From assembly GCA_963749705.1 (NCBI GenBank), contig CAVVNQ010000011.1, positions 63,634 to 127,633 on the forward strand: a DNA stretch of 64,000 nt, read 5' to 3'. Below are positions 10,023 through 19,730 of this stretch, piece after piece (position 1 is the stretch's first letter; each line of letters begins with the position of its first letter). The position numbers and the translations under genes were made by a program. This DNA is from an uncultured Chloroflexia bacterium. GTDB taxonomy: Bacteria; Chloroflexota; Limnocylindria; Limnocylindrales; CSP1-4. The notes beneath the pieces were generated by a model. It worked only from the letters and a program-made list of their open reading frames with translations, was not told where the DNA came from and did not search any database.

Positions 10023-10307
10023 TCAGTCCGCCGCGTCGCGGGCCAGGCCGGCGTGTGCCGGTGTCGGCGCCGCGTGGGTCTGGGCGGCGCGGCCGGCCCG
10101 GGCGATCGAACCGAGCAGGAACAGGGAGACCGCGGCGAACAGGACCACGCCCAGCGCGTCGACCGGCACCGGCGTCTCGTTTGCGGCCAGCCATCCCGTC
10201 AGCACGAGCGCAAGCACGGCCCCGACTGCGACGAACCCGTCGTCGATCACCAGGCCGATCACCTGGTCGACGGTGCCGCGCAGGATCCCCGAGATCGAGA
10301 TGTTCAT
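10023..10307 (-). CDS. Small membrane protein (2 TM)
   Basis: MNISISGILRG...DDGFVAVGAVLALVL...; TGATG-coupled to the upstream gene. Confidence 0.7.
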   Translation of the reverse strand: MNISISGILRGTVDQVIGLVIDDGFVAVGAVLALVLTGWLAANETPVPVDALGVVLFAAVSLFLLGSIARAGRAAQTHAAPTPAHAGLARDAAD

Positions 10308-11074
10308 CAGACGGCCCTCGACACGACCCGGCCACCGGGCACCATGATGTTGAGCATCCTCACGCCCGCAATCGACACCAGGACGAACGCGATGAAGATG
10401 ACCGGCAGGGCCAGCGCATCGCCGGGCCACTCCACCCCCATCCCCTCGGCGGCCCAGAACACGCCGAACGAGCAGAGCATCGCGCCGACGAAGTACTTGA
10501 GCGTGTTCTCCGGCACCCGGCTGAGCGGCTGGCGCACGATCGCGCCGATGATCGAGACCAGCACGAATGCCGCGATGGCACCCAGCGTCGAGGCGAGCAT
10601 GGCGTCGGTCCCCGACGCGCCCAGCGCGATCACGATGAAGGCGACCTCGAGACCCTCGAGCAGCATCGCCTTGTAGCTTGCGACGAACCCGATCCAGTCG
10701 AAGCGGTCCGACGACAGCCCCTGTGCCCGGAGATCGGCGACCTCGCGCTGGTAGATCGCCTCCTCGTCGTGGAGTGGCACGATGCCGGCGTACCGGAGGA
10801 TCGCCTTGCGGATCCACTTGAGCCCGAACAGCAGGAGCAGCGACCCGACGAAGACCTGGAAGGCATGCTCGGGGATCACGTTGATCAGCGTCACGCCGAA
10901 CACGCCGACGAGCGCACCCAGGGTCAGCAACGCGGCGCCCGCGCCGTATAGTGGCGCCCGCCAGCCGCGGGTCACACCAATGGCGAGGACGATCGTGTAC
11001 GCCTCGACGAACTCCACGACCGATCCCATGAACGCCGGGACGGCCGCCACGACCATTGTCAGCATATGTAACAC
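10307..11074 (-). CDS. COG4280-type membrane protein (FTR1-like ExxE motifs; putative metal transporter)
   Basis: Several TM helices with repeated motifs VEFVEA and LLEGLEVAFIV. Confidence 0.8.
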   Translation of the reverse strand: MLHMLTMVVAAVPAFMGSVVEFVEAYTIVLAIGVTRGWRAPLYGAGAALLTLGALVGVFGVTLINVIPEHAFQVFVGSLLLLFGLKWIRKAILRYAGIVPLHDEEAIYQREVADLRAQGLSSDRFDWIGFVASYKAMLLEGLEVAFIVIALGASGTDAMLASTLGAIAAFVLVSIIGAIVRQPLSRVPENTLKYFVGAMLCSFGVFWAAEGMGVEWPGDALALPVIFIAFVLVSIAGVRMLNIMVPGGRVVSRAV

Positions 11075-11095
11075 CTGCTACGTTGTACTCAATGC

Positions 11096-11125
11096 ACTCT
11101 AGGATCGCGGCAGGGCGCTTGTCAA
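11096..11125 (-). promoter_or_regulatory. Sigma70-type promoter TTGACA-N18-TAGAGT for the COG4280-tldD-pmbA operon
   Basis: Near-consensus hexamers in an AT-richer divergent intergenic region. Confidence 0.55.
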
Positions 11126-11177
11126 CCTGCATCGACGGGGCCGCCGGGCATCGGTCACGGCGCGGGATTCGGGCGTC

Positions 11178-11897
11178 GTGACGAGGTCGCGGGACAAGGC
11201 GCCGACGTCGGGTGCGCCTGCCGACGCGTCCCCCTCCGCGGGCACGTCCACAGCCGCCGGCGCGTCCACCGCCGTCACCGTGTCCGCCGATCCTGCCTGG
11301 ACGCTCATCGTCTATCGGGTCCCGACGGACTCCTCGCGTGCCCGGGTCGCGATCTGGCGCGACCTGAAGCGGCTGGGTGGCCTGTACCTCCAGCAATGCG
11401 TGTGCATCGTCCCGCACACGACCGAGACCGCCCAGAGCATGACCGCGATCCAGGAACACATCGAGGAGCTGGGCGGCACGTCCAACGTGTTCGACGTGGC
11501 GATGAACGACCCGCAGCGCGACCAGCTGATCGCCGACTTCCGAGGTCTCGCCGGGCGGGACTACGCCGAGATCGTCGAGGAATGCCAGACGAAGTTCGTC
11601 AAGGAGATCGAGTTCGAGCGGTTCCGCTCCAACTTCACGTTCGAGGAGGTGGAGGAGATCCGCCACGACCTCGAGAAGATCCGTCGCTGGTTCAGGCGAG
11701 CCAGCGCGCGGGACTGGTTCGGGGCCCCGGGTCGGGCCGAGGCGGAGACCTGGATCGAGCGATGCGCGGCGCTCCTCGACGCGTTCGAGGAGGACGTGTT
11801 CACCGTTACCTCGGGTGATGACGCGCCGCCACCGGCGGCGGCCGCGGCCGAGGCCCCGGCGACGAGAAGGTCAGCCGGCGCCGACGCCCAGGGCTAG
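11178..11897 (+). CDS. ChrB N-terminal-domain protein (chromate-resistance regulator-like)
   Basis: 'WTLIVYRVP..SSRARVAIWRDLKRLG.LYLQQ.VC.P' and 'FTFEEVEE...RDWF'. Confidence 0.82.
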   Translation: MTRSRDKAPTSGAPADASPSAGTSTAAGASTAVTVSADPAWTLIVYRVPTDSSRARVAIWRDLKRLGGLYLQQCVCIVPHTTETAQSMTAIQEHIEELGGTSNVFDVAMNDPQRDQLIADFRGLAGRDYAEIVEECQTKFVKEIEFERFRSNFTFEEVEEIRHDLEKIRRWFRRASARDWFGAPGRAEAETWIERCAALLDAFEEDVFTVTSGDDAPPPAAAAAEAPATRRSAGADAQG

Positions 11898-13931
11898 GTC
11901 GAGGAACGCGAGCTCGTCGGCGCGAGCGTCGATCAGCTTGCCGACCGGCGTGCCGGCACCATGGCCCGCGTCCGTGTCGATGCGGATGATGATCGGCCCG
12001 TCACCCGCCTGTGCCGCCTGGAGCGCCGCCCCGAACTTGAACGAGTGGCCGGGCACCACGCGGTCGTCGTGGTCGGCCGTGATCACCAGCGTCGCGGGAT
12101 ACCGCGTCCCTCGCCGGACGTTGTGCAACGGCGAGTACGACAGCAGCGTGCGGAACTGCTCTGGGTCCTCGGACGAGCCGTAGTCGCTCGTCCACGCCCA
12201 GCCGATGGTGAACCGGTGGAACCGCAGCATGTCCATCACGCCCACGCCGGCGATGGCCGCCCCGATCAGCTCCGGGTGCTGGGTCAGCGTCGCACCGACC
12301 AGCAGACCGCCGTTGGACCGGCCGCTGATGCCGATCCGATCCGGCCGCGTCCAGCCCGAGGCGACCAGCCACCGCAGGCACGCCGCGAAGTCGTCGAACA
12401 CGTTCTGCTTGTTGTCCAGCCGCCCCGCGTCGTGCCAGGCACGGCCGTACTCTGAGCCCCCGCGGAGCGACGCCACGGCGAGCAGGCCACCACGCTCCAT
12501 CCAGGCCAGCCACTCCGGCTTGAAGGTCGGGCCGATCGCGACCCGGAACCCGCCATAGCCGTAGAGCAGGGTGGGGACGTCACCGCTGGGCTCGACATCG
12601 CGGCGCCGGGTCAGGAACAGCGGGATCCGGGTGCCGTCATGCGAGGTGACGAAGACCTGCTCGCTGATGAGATCACCGGGGTCCCAGGCGAGCCGCTGCC
12701 GTCCGACCTCGCGGACCGTGCCGTCGGCCATCCGCACCGCCAGCACGGACACCGGCGAGGTGAACGTCACAAACGTCAGGTACAGATCCTCGTCGTCGCG
12801 CCGCCCCGACAGGTCACCGATCATCCCGATCCCCGGCAGCTCGACGTCCGTCACCCGCGTGCCATCGAGCTCGTGGATGGCGAGCCGGTGGTGGGCATCG
12901 TGGAGGTACGCGACGGCCAGGCGGTTGCCCACGATCCGGGCGTGCGCGATCGCGTCGTCACCGGCCGCGATCACCTCGCGCGGGTGCGCGGGGTCGTCGA
13001 TGTCCACCGCGATCACGCGACCCATCGGCGCATCGAGGTCGGTCGCGAGGTACAGGGTCCCATCGATCGAGCCGATGTGGTCGTAGCCGGCATCGGCGGC
13101 GTCGAGCAACGGGCGGACGGTCGCCGCCTCGACACCGGCGGCCAGGTCGGCGACATAGACCCGCTTCTCCGGGTCCGTCCCGCGCGAGACCGTGATCACC
13201 AGCAGTCGGCCGCCGTCGGTCACCTCCGGGTTGAAGTTCCACTCCGGCTCGTGCGGGGTCGAGAACACCAGGCGGTCCTCGGCGGGATCCGAACCCAGGC
13301 GGTGGTAGCGCAATTCCATGTCCAGGTTCGGCGCCGCATGCGCCGCATCCGGGGGCGGCGGCTGGAACCGCCCGTAGAAGAAGCCCGCATCGTCGTGGGT
13401 CCAGGCCGCGGTCGTGAACTTGCACCACGGGATCCGGTCGGGCAGGGCCGCGCCGGTGTCGACGCGCCGCACCGTCCAGGTGTGCCAGTCGGAGCCGGCG
13501 TCGCTGATCGCACAGGCGATCACCAGCCCACCCTCGGCCACCACCGCGTCCGCCAGCGCCGTGGTGCCATCCGCGTTCAGGGTGTTGGGGTCGAGCAGCA
13601 CGCGCCCGATCGCGTCCGGCGCGTCGCTCGTCCACAGGACATCCTGATCCTGGAGCCCGGTGTTCCGAAGCTGGAACCAGCGATCGGCGCGGTGCCACGG
13701 GGCGCCGGCACGAGGAACGTTCCACAGCTGCGCCAGGCGCTCGCGAATGGCGCGCCTGGTCGGAACCGCCCCGAGGACCTCCACGGCGAGCGCGTTCTGT
13801 GCCGCGATCCAGGAGCGGGTCGCAGCGGACCCGGCGTCCTCGAGTGGGCGGTACGGATCCGCGATCGGGGTGCCGTGATAGTCGTCGACCTGATCGGCGG
13901 TCGGGGCCGGGGGGTAGCGAAGCGTCGGCAT
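11871..13931 (-). CDS. Prolyl oligopeptidase (S9A)
   Basis: DPYR.LED N-terminus; catalytic motifs GRSNGG, DDRV, AGHG. Confidence 0.96.
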   Translation of the reverse strand: MPTLRYPPAPTADQVDDYHGTPIADPYRPLEDAGSAATRSWIAAQNALAVEVLGAVPTRRAIRERLAQLWNVPRAGAPWHRADRWFQLRNTGLQDQDVLWTSDAPDAIGRVLLDPNTLNADGTTALADAVVAEGGLVIACAISDAGSDWHTWTVRRVDTGAALPDRIPWCKFTTAAWTHDDAGFFYGRFQPPPPDAAHAAPNLDMELRYHRLGSDPAEDRLVFSTPHEPEWNFNPEVTDGGRLLVITVSRGTDPEKRVYVADLAAGVEAATVRPLLDAADAGYDHIGSIDGTLYLATDLDAPMGRVIAVDIDDPAHPREVIAAGDDAIAHARIVGNRLAVAYLHDAHHRLAIHELDGTRVTDVELPGIGMIGDLSGRRDDEDLYLTFVTFTSPVSVLAVRMADGTVREVGRQRLAWDPGDLISEQVFVTSHDGTRIPLFLTRRRDVEPSGDVPTLLYGYGGFRVAIGPTFKPEWLAWMERGGLLAVASLRGGSEYGRAWHDAGRLDNKQNVFDDFAACLRWLVASGWTRPDRIGISGRSNGGLLVGATLTQHPELIGAAIAGVGVMDMLRFHRFTIGWAWTSDYGSSEDPEQFRTLLSYSPLHNVRRGTRYPATLVITADHDDRVVPGHSFKFGAALQAAQAGDGPIIIRIDTDAGHGAGTPVGKLIDARADELAFLDLALGVGAG

Positions 13932-14014
13932 CGGCTCATGCTACGGGTGGTGGCCCGGGCCGCGCTCGGGCATCATCTGTTGCCGGACGCCGCCCGGCGC
14001 CAAGAGGAGTCCCG

Positions 14015-14596
14015 ATGACCGAGCACGAGCACCACCACGAGCACCACCACACCGTGTCGTACCCGGATGCCGTGGCGGAGCTCCGGGCCGACAAGGACGC
14101 GTTGTTCAAGGAGGCCGACGGGAGCCCGATCCCCGCGACCGAGCGCGATACGTTCGGCGGCCTCCCCTACTTCCCGATCGATGAGGACCTGCGGCTGGAC
14201 CCGCTGCCCCTCGTCCCGTACACCGGCAGCGAACCCGTCAAGTTCGAGATCCCCACCTCCGACGGCCGGCTGCGGCCCGCCGAGCGCGCCGGGGTGTTCC
14301 GCTTCGCGCTCGGTGGGGTGGACTGCTCGCTGACCGCGTACCGGTTCGCCAACGACGCGAGCGACACGCTGTTCGTCCCGTTCCTCGACGCGACCAGCGG
14401 GACCGAGACGTACGGTGCCGGTCGATATCTCGACCTCGAGGCCGAGGACGACGGGACGTACGTGCTCGACTTCAACCTCGCCTACCACCCGTCGTGCGTC
14501 TACGACCCGCGGTTCTCCTGCCCGCTCACCCCCGCCGAGAACCGGCTCTCGGTGCGGGTCGAAGCCGGCGAGCGGCTCGCGCCCGGGCACGCGTAG
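14015..14596 (+). CDS. DUF1684 family protein with His-rich N-terminus
   Basis: 'PFLDATSGTETYGAGRYL', 'LDFNLAYHPSCVY...SCPL.P.EN'; SD GAGGAG. Confidence 0.9.
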   Translation: MTEHEHHHEHHHTVSYPDAVAELRADKDALFKEADGSPIPATERDTFGGLPYFPIDEDLRLDPLPLVPYTGSEPVKFEIPTSDGRLRPAERAGVFRFALGGVDCSLTAYRFANDASDTLFVPFLDATSGTETYGAGRYLDLEAEDDGTYVLDFNLAYHPSCVYDPRFSCPLTPAENRLSVRVEAGERLAPGHA

Positions 14597-14891
14597 GGCG
14601 CGCTCCCGGGCTCAGCCCGGCGGGCGCTTCCCTGCGGAGGCTGGCCGTCGGGATCACCTGCCGCGCGGTGCGGCGTCTTCCGCCGCGCGGCATTTGGGTC
14701 GCGTTTGCGTCACCCAGCACCCACACGACTGCAAGGCCGCGTCGGTGATCCCCAGGGCACCAGATCACGGACACCGAGCACTCACACGGCTGGATGAACC
14801 GATATTGCGCCCGGCAGCCGCCAACCTCGCTCCCATCAGCCGCCTGGGTGCTACCTGACACAAACGGGGGCTGGAAACGGACCGACGAGCA

Positions 14892-14973
14892 GCCGGGGCG
14901 AGGACCCAGGAGGCCGGGCGACGATGCGGGATGCCGGGGCGAGGACCCGGGAGGCCGGGCGAGGACCCGGCGA
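14892..14973. repeat. Degenerate ~20-bp tandem repeat x4
   Basis: Units resembling gccgg(g)gcgaggaccc(a/g)gga. Confidence 0.7.
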
Positions 14974-14978
14974 TGCGG

Positions 14979-15926
14979 TCAGGCGCCGTCGACCATCGGC
15001 CGGCACTCGCCGATCCAGCGCTCGAGCGTCTCGGCGTCATACGGCGCGGCAAGCTCGGCGATGAACGTGTGGAACCCGAGCGCCTTGTACTCGCGCATCT
15101 GTCCGGCGATCTGCTCCGCCGTGCCCGGCCAGAACGTGTCGTCGTCCGCGATGTCGGACATCGGCGTCCGGTTGTGGGCCATCTGCGCCTGCAGCACCCG
15201 GCGCGCCTCCTCGGCGGTATCGCGGATGATCGGCTTGCAGCCGAGCGTCATCTCGATGGTCGCGACGTCCCGTCCGACCTCGTCGCAGTGGCGCTGCAGG
15301 ACCTCGATCTTGTGCCGCATCACGTCGACCGGGCCCATCGCGTTCCACATGTCGGCGTACTTCGCGACGGTCCGCAGCGTCTTCCGCTCGCCCGAGCCGC
15401 CGATCATCACCGGAAGATGGGGCTGGACCGGCGGCGGCAGCAGGCGCATCTCGTCGAGCGCGTACCGGCCACCCTCGGGTGAGGTCACGGCCTCACCATC
15501 GAGCAGCCCGCGGATCGCCCCGATCGACTCGTCGAACCAGTCGAGCCGCTGGCCGAACCCGGTGCCGAAGTCGATGCCCGCCGCCTGGTGCTCGAGGTCG
15601 AACCAGGCACCGCCCAGACCTGCGATCGCGCGCCCCTCGCTGATGTGATCGATCGTGGTCAGCATCTTGGCCACGAGGGCGGGGTTGCGGAACGGGTTGG
15701 CACCGACCAGCAGCCCGAGCCGGGCCCGGGACGTGACCTTCGCCCATGCCGCGAGGGTCGTGTATCCCTCGAAGATCGGCTGGTACGGGTCACCGAAGAT
15801 CGCGTACAGGTGGTCCCACGCCCACAGGTGGTCGTAGCCGAGCTGGTCGACGCGGGTCGCGACGGCCTCCTGGTCGGCCCACGACGTCGCCTGGTTCCAC
15901 AACAGCACGCCAAGTCGAGTGTCCAT
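14979..15926 (-). CDS. LLM class (probably F420-dependent) oxidoreductase
   Basis: 'LWAWDHL', 'RNPALVAKM..TIDHIS.GR', 'MIGGSGERKTLR.VAKYADMWN'. Confidence 0.92.
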   Translation of the reverse strand: MDTRLGVLLWNQATSWADQEAVATRVDQLGYDHLWAWDHLYAIFGDPYQPIFEGYTTLAAWAKVTSRARLGLLVGANPFRNPALVAKMLTTIDHISEGRAIAGLGGAWFDLEHQAAGIDFGTGFGQRLDWFDESIGAIRGLLDGEAVTSPEGGRYALDEMRLLPPPVQPHLPVMIGGSGERKTLRTVAKYADMWNAMGPVDVMRHKIEVLQRHCDEVGRDVATIEMTLGCKPIIRDTAEEARRVLQAQMAHNRTPMSDIADDDTFWPGTAEQIAGQMREYKALGFHTFIAELAAPYDAETLERWIGECRPMVDGA

Positions 15927-16027
15927 GTGGTCGATCAGCCTCCGTGTCGTCGCCGTCCTGCTCGTCTCGCCTCCACCCTACAGGCTCGCGCCGTCCGACG
16001 CCGTCGCAGACGAGCGGTCGATCACCG

Positions 16028-16087
16028 CGCCGGGCAAGATGGACGAGGCGCATCCGCCGGGCAGGATGGGCGAGGCGCATCCGCCGG
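16028..16087. repeat. 27-bp tandem duplication
   Basis: gggcaagatggacgaggcgcatccgcc / gggcaggatgggcgaggcgcatccgcc. Confidence 0.75.
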
Positions 16088-16106
16088 CATCCGGGAGGCG
16101 CGATCC

Positions 16107-16550
16107 ATGACCTTCGATCTCGACCGGTTCGTCAACGCACAGCGAGGCACCTACGAGGGCGTGCTTGACGAGCTGCAACGCGGGCACAAGACGGGGCACT
16201 GGATCTGGTTCATCTTTCCGCAGCTCGCCGGCCTCGGCAGGAGCGAGCTTTCGCGGTTCTACGCGATCGCCTCCCTGGACGAGGCGCGCGCCTATCTCGC
16301 CGATCCGGTCCTCGGGGCACGCCTGCACGAGTGCGCGGCGCTCGTCCTCGCAACCCGCGAACGGACCGCCGAGCAGATCTTCGGATCGCTCGACGCGATG
16401 AAGGTTCGCTCCAGCATGACGCTGTTCCACCGGGCCGCTCCCCGCGACCCGCTGTTCGGCGCGGTGCTGGATCGCTGCTACGGCGGCAGGGCGGACGAGG
16501 CGACGGACACGCTGCTGGCCTCCTCCGAGCCCGGCGCAGCCGCCGGGTAA
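16107..16550 (+). CDS. DUF1810 family protein
   Basis: 'DLDRFVNAQ', 'HWIWFIFPQLAGLG', 'DAMKVRSSMTLF'. Confidence 0.93.
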   Translation: MTFDLDRFVNAQRGTYEGVLDELQRGHKTGHWIWFIFPQLAGLGRSELSRFYAIASLDEARAYLADPVLGARLHECAALVLATRERTAEQIFGSLDAMKVRSSMTLFHRAAPRDPLFGAVLDRCYGGRADEATDTLLASSEPGAAAG

Positions 16551-16576
16551 CGCGCCGGGTAACGCGCCGGGTAACG
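16541..16576. repeat. 12-bp perfect tandem repeat x3 spanning a stop codon
   Basis: (cgccgggtaacg)x3. Confidence 0.9.
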
Positions 16577-16603
16577 CGGCCGCCTCCCCCGACGGAACGC
16601 CGC

Positions 16604-16996
16604 TCAGCGTCCGGACAGAAGTCGCTGGAGGTTCCGGACGGTCTGGTCGAGCAGGCGCTCGATCTCCGCGCTGTCCGCGTCGTCGCGCACGTGGAGCCGC
16701 AGCGTCACCTGCGACGTGCTGCGCGTCCCCACGCTCACCGTCGCTGACCCGCCATAGTCGCGGTCGCCCATCCCCCACTCCACCCGCCGGGCTCCCGCAT
16801 CCGCGAGGAACCGGGCCTCGCCGACCGGGCGGACCTCGGCGATATCGAGCTCGGCGTCCGGGTCACCGTCAACCGCGATGGCCTCGTCGAAGCGCATCGC
16901 CGTGACGTACTCGGGCACGCGACGCGGGTCGGACAGGAAGGCGAACGCCGCGTCCGCGCCGACCCCCACCGTGGTGGTGCGCTCGAAGTCCGCCAT
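16604..16996 (-). CDS. SRPBCC family protein
   Basis: 'AFAFLSDPRRVPEYV', 'RRVEWG...YGG'; SD AGGAGG. Confidence 0.75.
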   Translation of the reverse strand: MADFERTTTVGVGADAAFAFLSDPRRVPEYVTAMRFDEAIAVDGDPDAELDIAEVRPVGEARFLADAGARRVEWGMGDRDYGGSATVSVGTRSTSQVTLRLHVRDDADSAEIERLLDQTVRNLQRLLSGR

Positions 16997-17111
16997 GTCC
17001 GCCCTCCTGGTGATCGCGCCGGGCCGCCGTCCCCGACTCTATCCCGACCGCCCCGACCGCGCCGCGTGGCAGGCGGCGGGCGCACCGACGTCGGACGCTG
17101 CGGGTCCGCGG

Positions 17112-17735
17112 TCAGCCGGGCTCCTCCACCCGGAAGCCGATCGTCTCCGCGATGACCGTGGCCTGCTGGATGTCGATGGTGGCGCCCCGGATCTCGGCGT
17201 TGAGCGGATCGAGCGACGACAGGTCGCTGCCCCGCAGGTCCGTTCCCTCGAATGTGGCGCGATGAAGCCAGGCGCCCGACAGGTCGACGTCGCGAACGGT
17301 CGCGCCGTCCAGCCGCGCTCCGGTGAGATCGGCCTCGCGCATCCGGACACCCGTGAGCGACGCGCTGCCGAGGTCGGCGCCGGGCATTGCGACCATCGAC
17401 CAGTCCCCCTCCTCGACGACGAGCAGCTCGTAGCTGCAGCGCTCGAACGTGCTGCCGACGAGCTTGCAGCGCGTGAACCGGGCGTTGAACAGGTTGCAGG
17501 CGACGAACGTGCAGCCGACGAACGCCGAGTCGATGAGGCTGGAGACGTTGAACCTGACCTCGCGGAAGGTGCACCCGGTGAACGATGCCGCTCGCATCAC
17601 CAGGTCCGACAGGTCCGACCCGGAGAACAGCACCGACTCGTGCCTCGTGCCCGAGAACGTCGCATCCCCCCAGGTGGCGGCATCGAACGTGGACGTGATC
17701 GGCGCTGCCGGCACGGTCCGCCGTTGCGCGGCCAT
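17112..17735 (-). CDS. Pentapeptide repeat protein
   Basis: Repeated A(D/S)LxG/xFxxC pentapeptides. Confidence 0.92.
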   Translation of the reverse strand: MAAQRRTVPAAPITSTFDAATWGDATFSGTRHESVLFSGSDLSDLVMRAASFTGCTFREVRFNVSSLIDSAFVGCTFVACNLFNARFTRCKLVGSTFERCSYELLVVEEGDWSMVAMPGADLGSASLTGVRMREADLTGARLDGATVRDVDLSGAWLHRATFEGTDLRGSDLSSLDPLNAEIRGATIDIQQATVIAETIGFRVEEPG

Positions 17736-17790
17736 CAGCACCGGACCTCGTGGACGGCGACCCGACCCGCGGGTCCGGGGCCTGCGTGGG

Positions 17791-18480
17791 TCACAGCGTC
17801 GCCTCGATGACCGCCGCCAGCTCGGCCGGGCGGGTGAGGAACGGGGAGTGTCCGCCCGCGATCTCGAGTGCCTCGACGCCCAGCCGCTCACGCGCGGACG
17901 ACCGCATCCACTCCGGGTTGATTGCCCGGTCATCGGCGCACGCGATCACGCGGCTGGGCACGGCGGGCCACGCCGCCAGCGGCGACGGCTCGTTCATCAC
18001 GCGGTATGCCTGCGGCCGCAGTCGGTCGACCGCCCACGCGGCCAGCTCGGCGGGAACGTCGTCGAAGAACAGCTCGGTGGCCGTGCGCGGACCGACCATC
18101 CAAACGTCGTCCCCGAGATGCGTCCACTCCGGCGTCGTCGGCGGGACCCGCCCATCGATCGGCTCCCGGGCGCGCTGCTCGTTTGCGCTCAGCCCAGGCA
18201 TGGGAAGGAACGACGCGAGGAACACCATCGCGTGGACCGGCTGGAGCTCCGCAACGAGCGGCAGGACCAGCCCGGACATCGAGTGGCCAACGAGGACCGC
18301 TGGGTGATCGGCGCGCATGGCGTCGATCACCGCCCGGGCGTAGTCCGCCGCGCCGAGCGCCGGGTCCGATACGGGCAGCTCCGGGGTGATCACCCGGTGA
18401 CCGAGCCGCTCCAGCTCGGGTCGCAGGAGGTCCCAGCACCAGGCGCCGTGGTACGACCCGTGGACGAGGACGATGTCCAT
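17791..18480 (-). CDS. Alpha/beta fold hydrolase
   Basis: LVHGSYHGAWCW, GHSMSG nucleophile elbow, GGHSPF. Confidence 0.93.
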   Translation of the reverse strand: MDIVLVHGSYHGAWCWDLLRPELERLGHRVITPELPVSDPALGAADYARAVIDAMRADHPAVLVGHSMSGLVLPLVAELQPVHAMVFLASFLPMPGLSANEQRAREPIDGRVPPTTPEWTHLGDDVWMVGPRTATELFFDDVPAELAAWAVDRLRPQAYRVMNEPSPLAAWPAVPSRVIACADDRAINPEWMRSSARERLGVEALEIAGGHSPFLTRPAELAAVIEATL

Positions 18481-18679
18481 GGATGGCCTCCGTGTGAGCC
18501 GTTGCGGTTCCGGACCTTCGATCCGTGCAACCGGAGAGGAATCGTACGCGCTGGACCACGGCCGCGCGGCGCCGGGATCGTGGCGTCCCGGCGGCCGGAA
18601 GGTCGTGGCCCGGACACCGTCGCGGCGCTTCGAAGTCTGCGAAGATCCGGCGCGTGAGATGGAACGGGCGGTGGTTCGG

Positions 18680-19579
18680 ATGACCCGCCGCGGAGTCGCG
18701 CTGTTTGCCCTGATGTCGGTGATCTGGGGCATCCCATACCTGTTCATCCGGGTTGCCGTCGACGAGATCTCGCCCGCGACGCTGGTCCTCGCGCGCACGG
18801 GGATCGCCAGCCTGATCCTGGTGCCAGTCGCGCTCGCGCGCATCGACCTCCGGGCGGTGCTCGCCCACTGGCGCTGGGTCGCCGCGTTCGCGGTCGTCGA
18901 GATCGCCGTCCCCTGGGTGCTGCTCGGATCCGCGGAGCAGCAGATCTCGAGCTCGCTCGCCGGGCTGCTTGTCGCGGGCGTCCCGCTCGTGGGCGCCGCG
19001 ATCGCGCTCACCACCGGCGGCGCCGACCGGATCGGCGGCAGGAGCCTGGTCGGGCTGCTGATCGGGCTGGCCGGCGTGGCCGCCATCGTCGGCGGCGACT
19101 TCGAGGCGTCCAACGCGACGGCCCTGCTCCAGGTCGGCGTCGTGGTCGTCGGGTACGCGGTCGGCCCCGCGATCCTCTCCCGGCGGCTCAACGGCGTGCC
19201 GTCCCTGGGCGTCATGGCCGTGTCGCTCGCCGCGTGTGCGGTCGTGTACGTCCCGATCGTGGCCGTCGACCCGCCGGTGACGATGCCCAGCGTCGACGTG
19301 ATCGCATCGATCGTCGTGCTGGGCGTCCTGTGCACGGCCGTCGCGTTCATCCTGTTCGCGGCGCTGATCGCGGAGATCGGGCCCGTCCGGGCCACCGTGA
19401 TCACCTACGTCAACCCTGCCGTGGCGGCGCTGCTGGGCGTCCTCGTGCTCGACGAGACGTTCACGGTCCCCATGGCGCTCGGCTTCGCCCTGGTCATCCT
19501 GGGGTCCACGCTGGCCACCCGACGGTCGCCGGGCACCGCGATTTCGGACGCTCCGGAGGCCACGCTCGCCGGCCCCTAG
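18680..19579 (+). CDS. DMT/EamA family transporter
   Basis: 'IWGIPYLFIR', 'RATVITYVNPAVA'; about 10 TMs. Confidence 0.93.
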   Translation: MTRRGVALFALMSVIWGIPYLFIRVAVDEISPATLVLARTGIASLILVPVALARIDLRAVLAHWRWVAAFAVVEIAVPWVLLGSAEQQISSSLAGLLVAGVPLVGAAIALTTGGADRIGGRSLVGLLIGLAGVAAIVGGDFEASNATALLQVGVVVVGYAVGPAILSRRLNGVPSLGVMAVSLAACAVVYVPIVAVDPPVTMPSVDVIASIVVLGVLCTAVAFILFAALIAEIGPVRATVITYVNPAVAALLGVLVLDETFTVPMALGFALVILGSTLATRRSPGTAISDAPEATLAGP

Positions 19580-19730
19580 CGTCGCCATCCCGCACGCTGC
19601 CACCGTCCGAGTCGGGCCATCGGCGGTGCCAACGGCCTGCCGCAGACATGCGCGAGGACATGTTCCATGCGTCTCCCGCCAGGCACGCTGCGCTGATGAG
19701 GCGTCCCACCAGCTCGCGGAGGTTCGCACG

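Noticed and set aside
11178-11897. Chromate-resistance operon
   Set aside because: Only the ChrB N-terminal-type domain is present; there is no chrA, chrC or chrF.
14892-16576. Short repeats as a possible CRISPR array
   Set aside because: They are head-to-tail tandem units with no unique spacers, and no cas genes are present.
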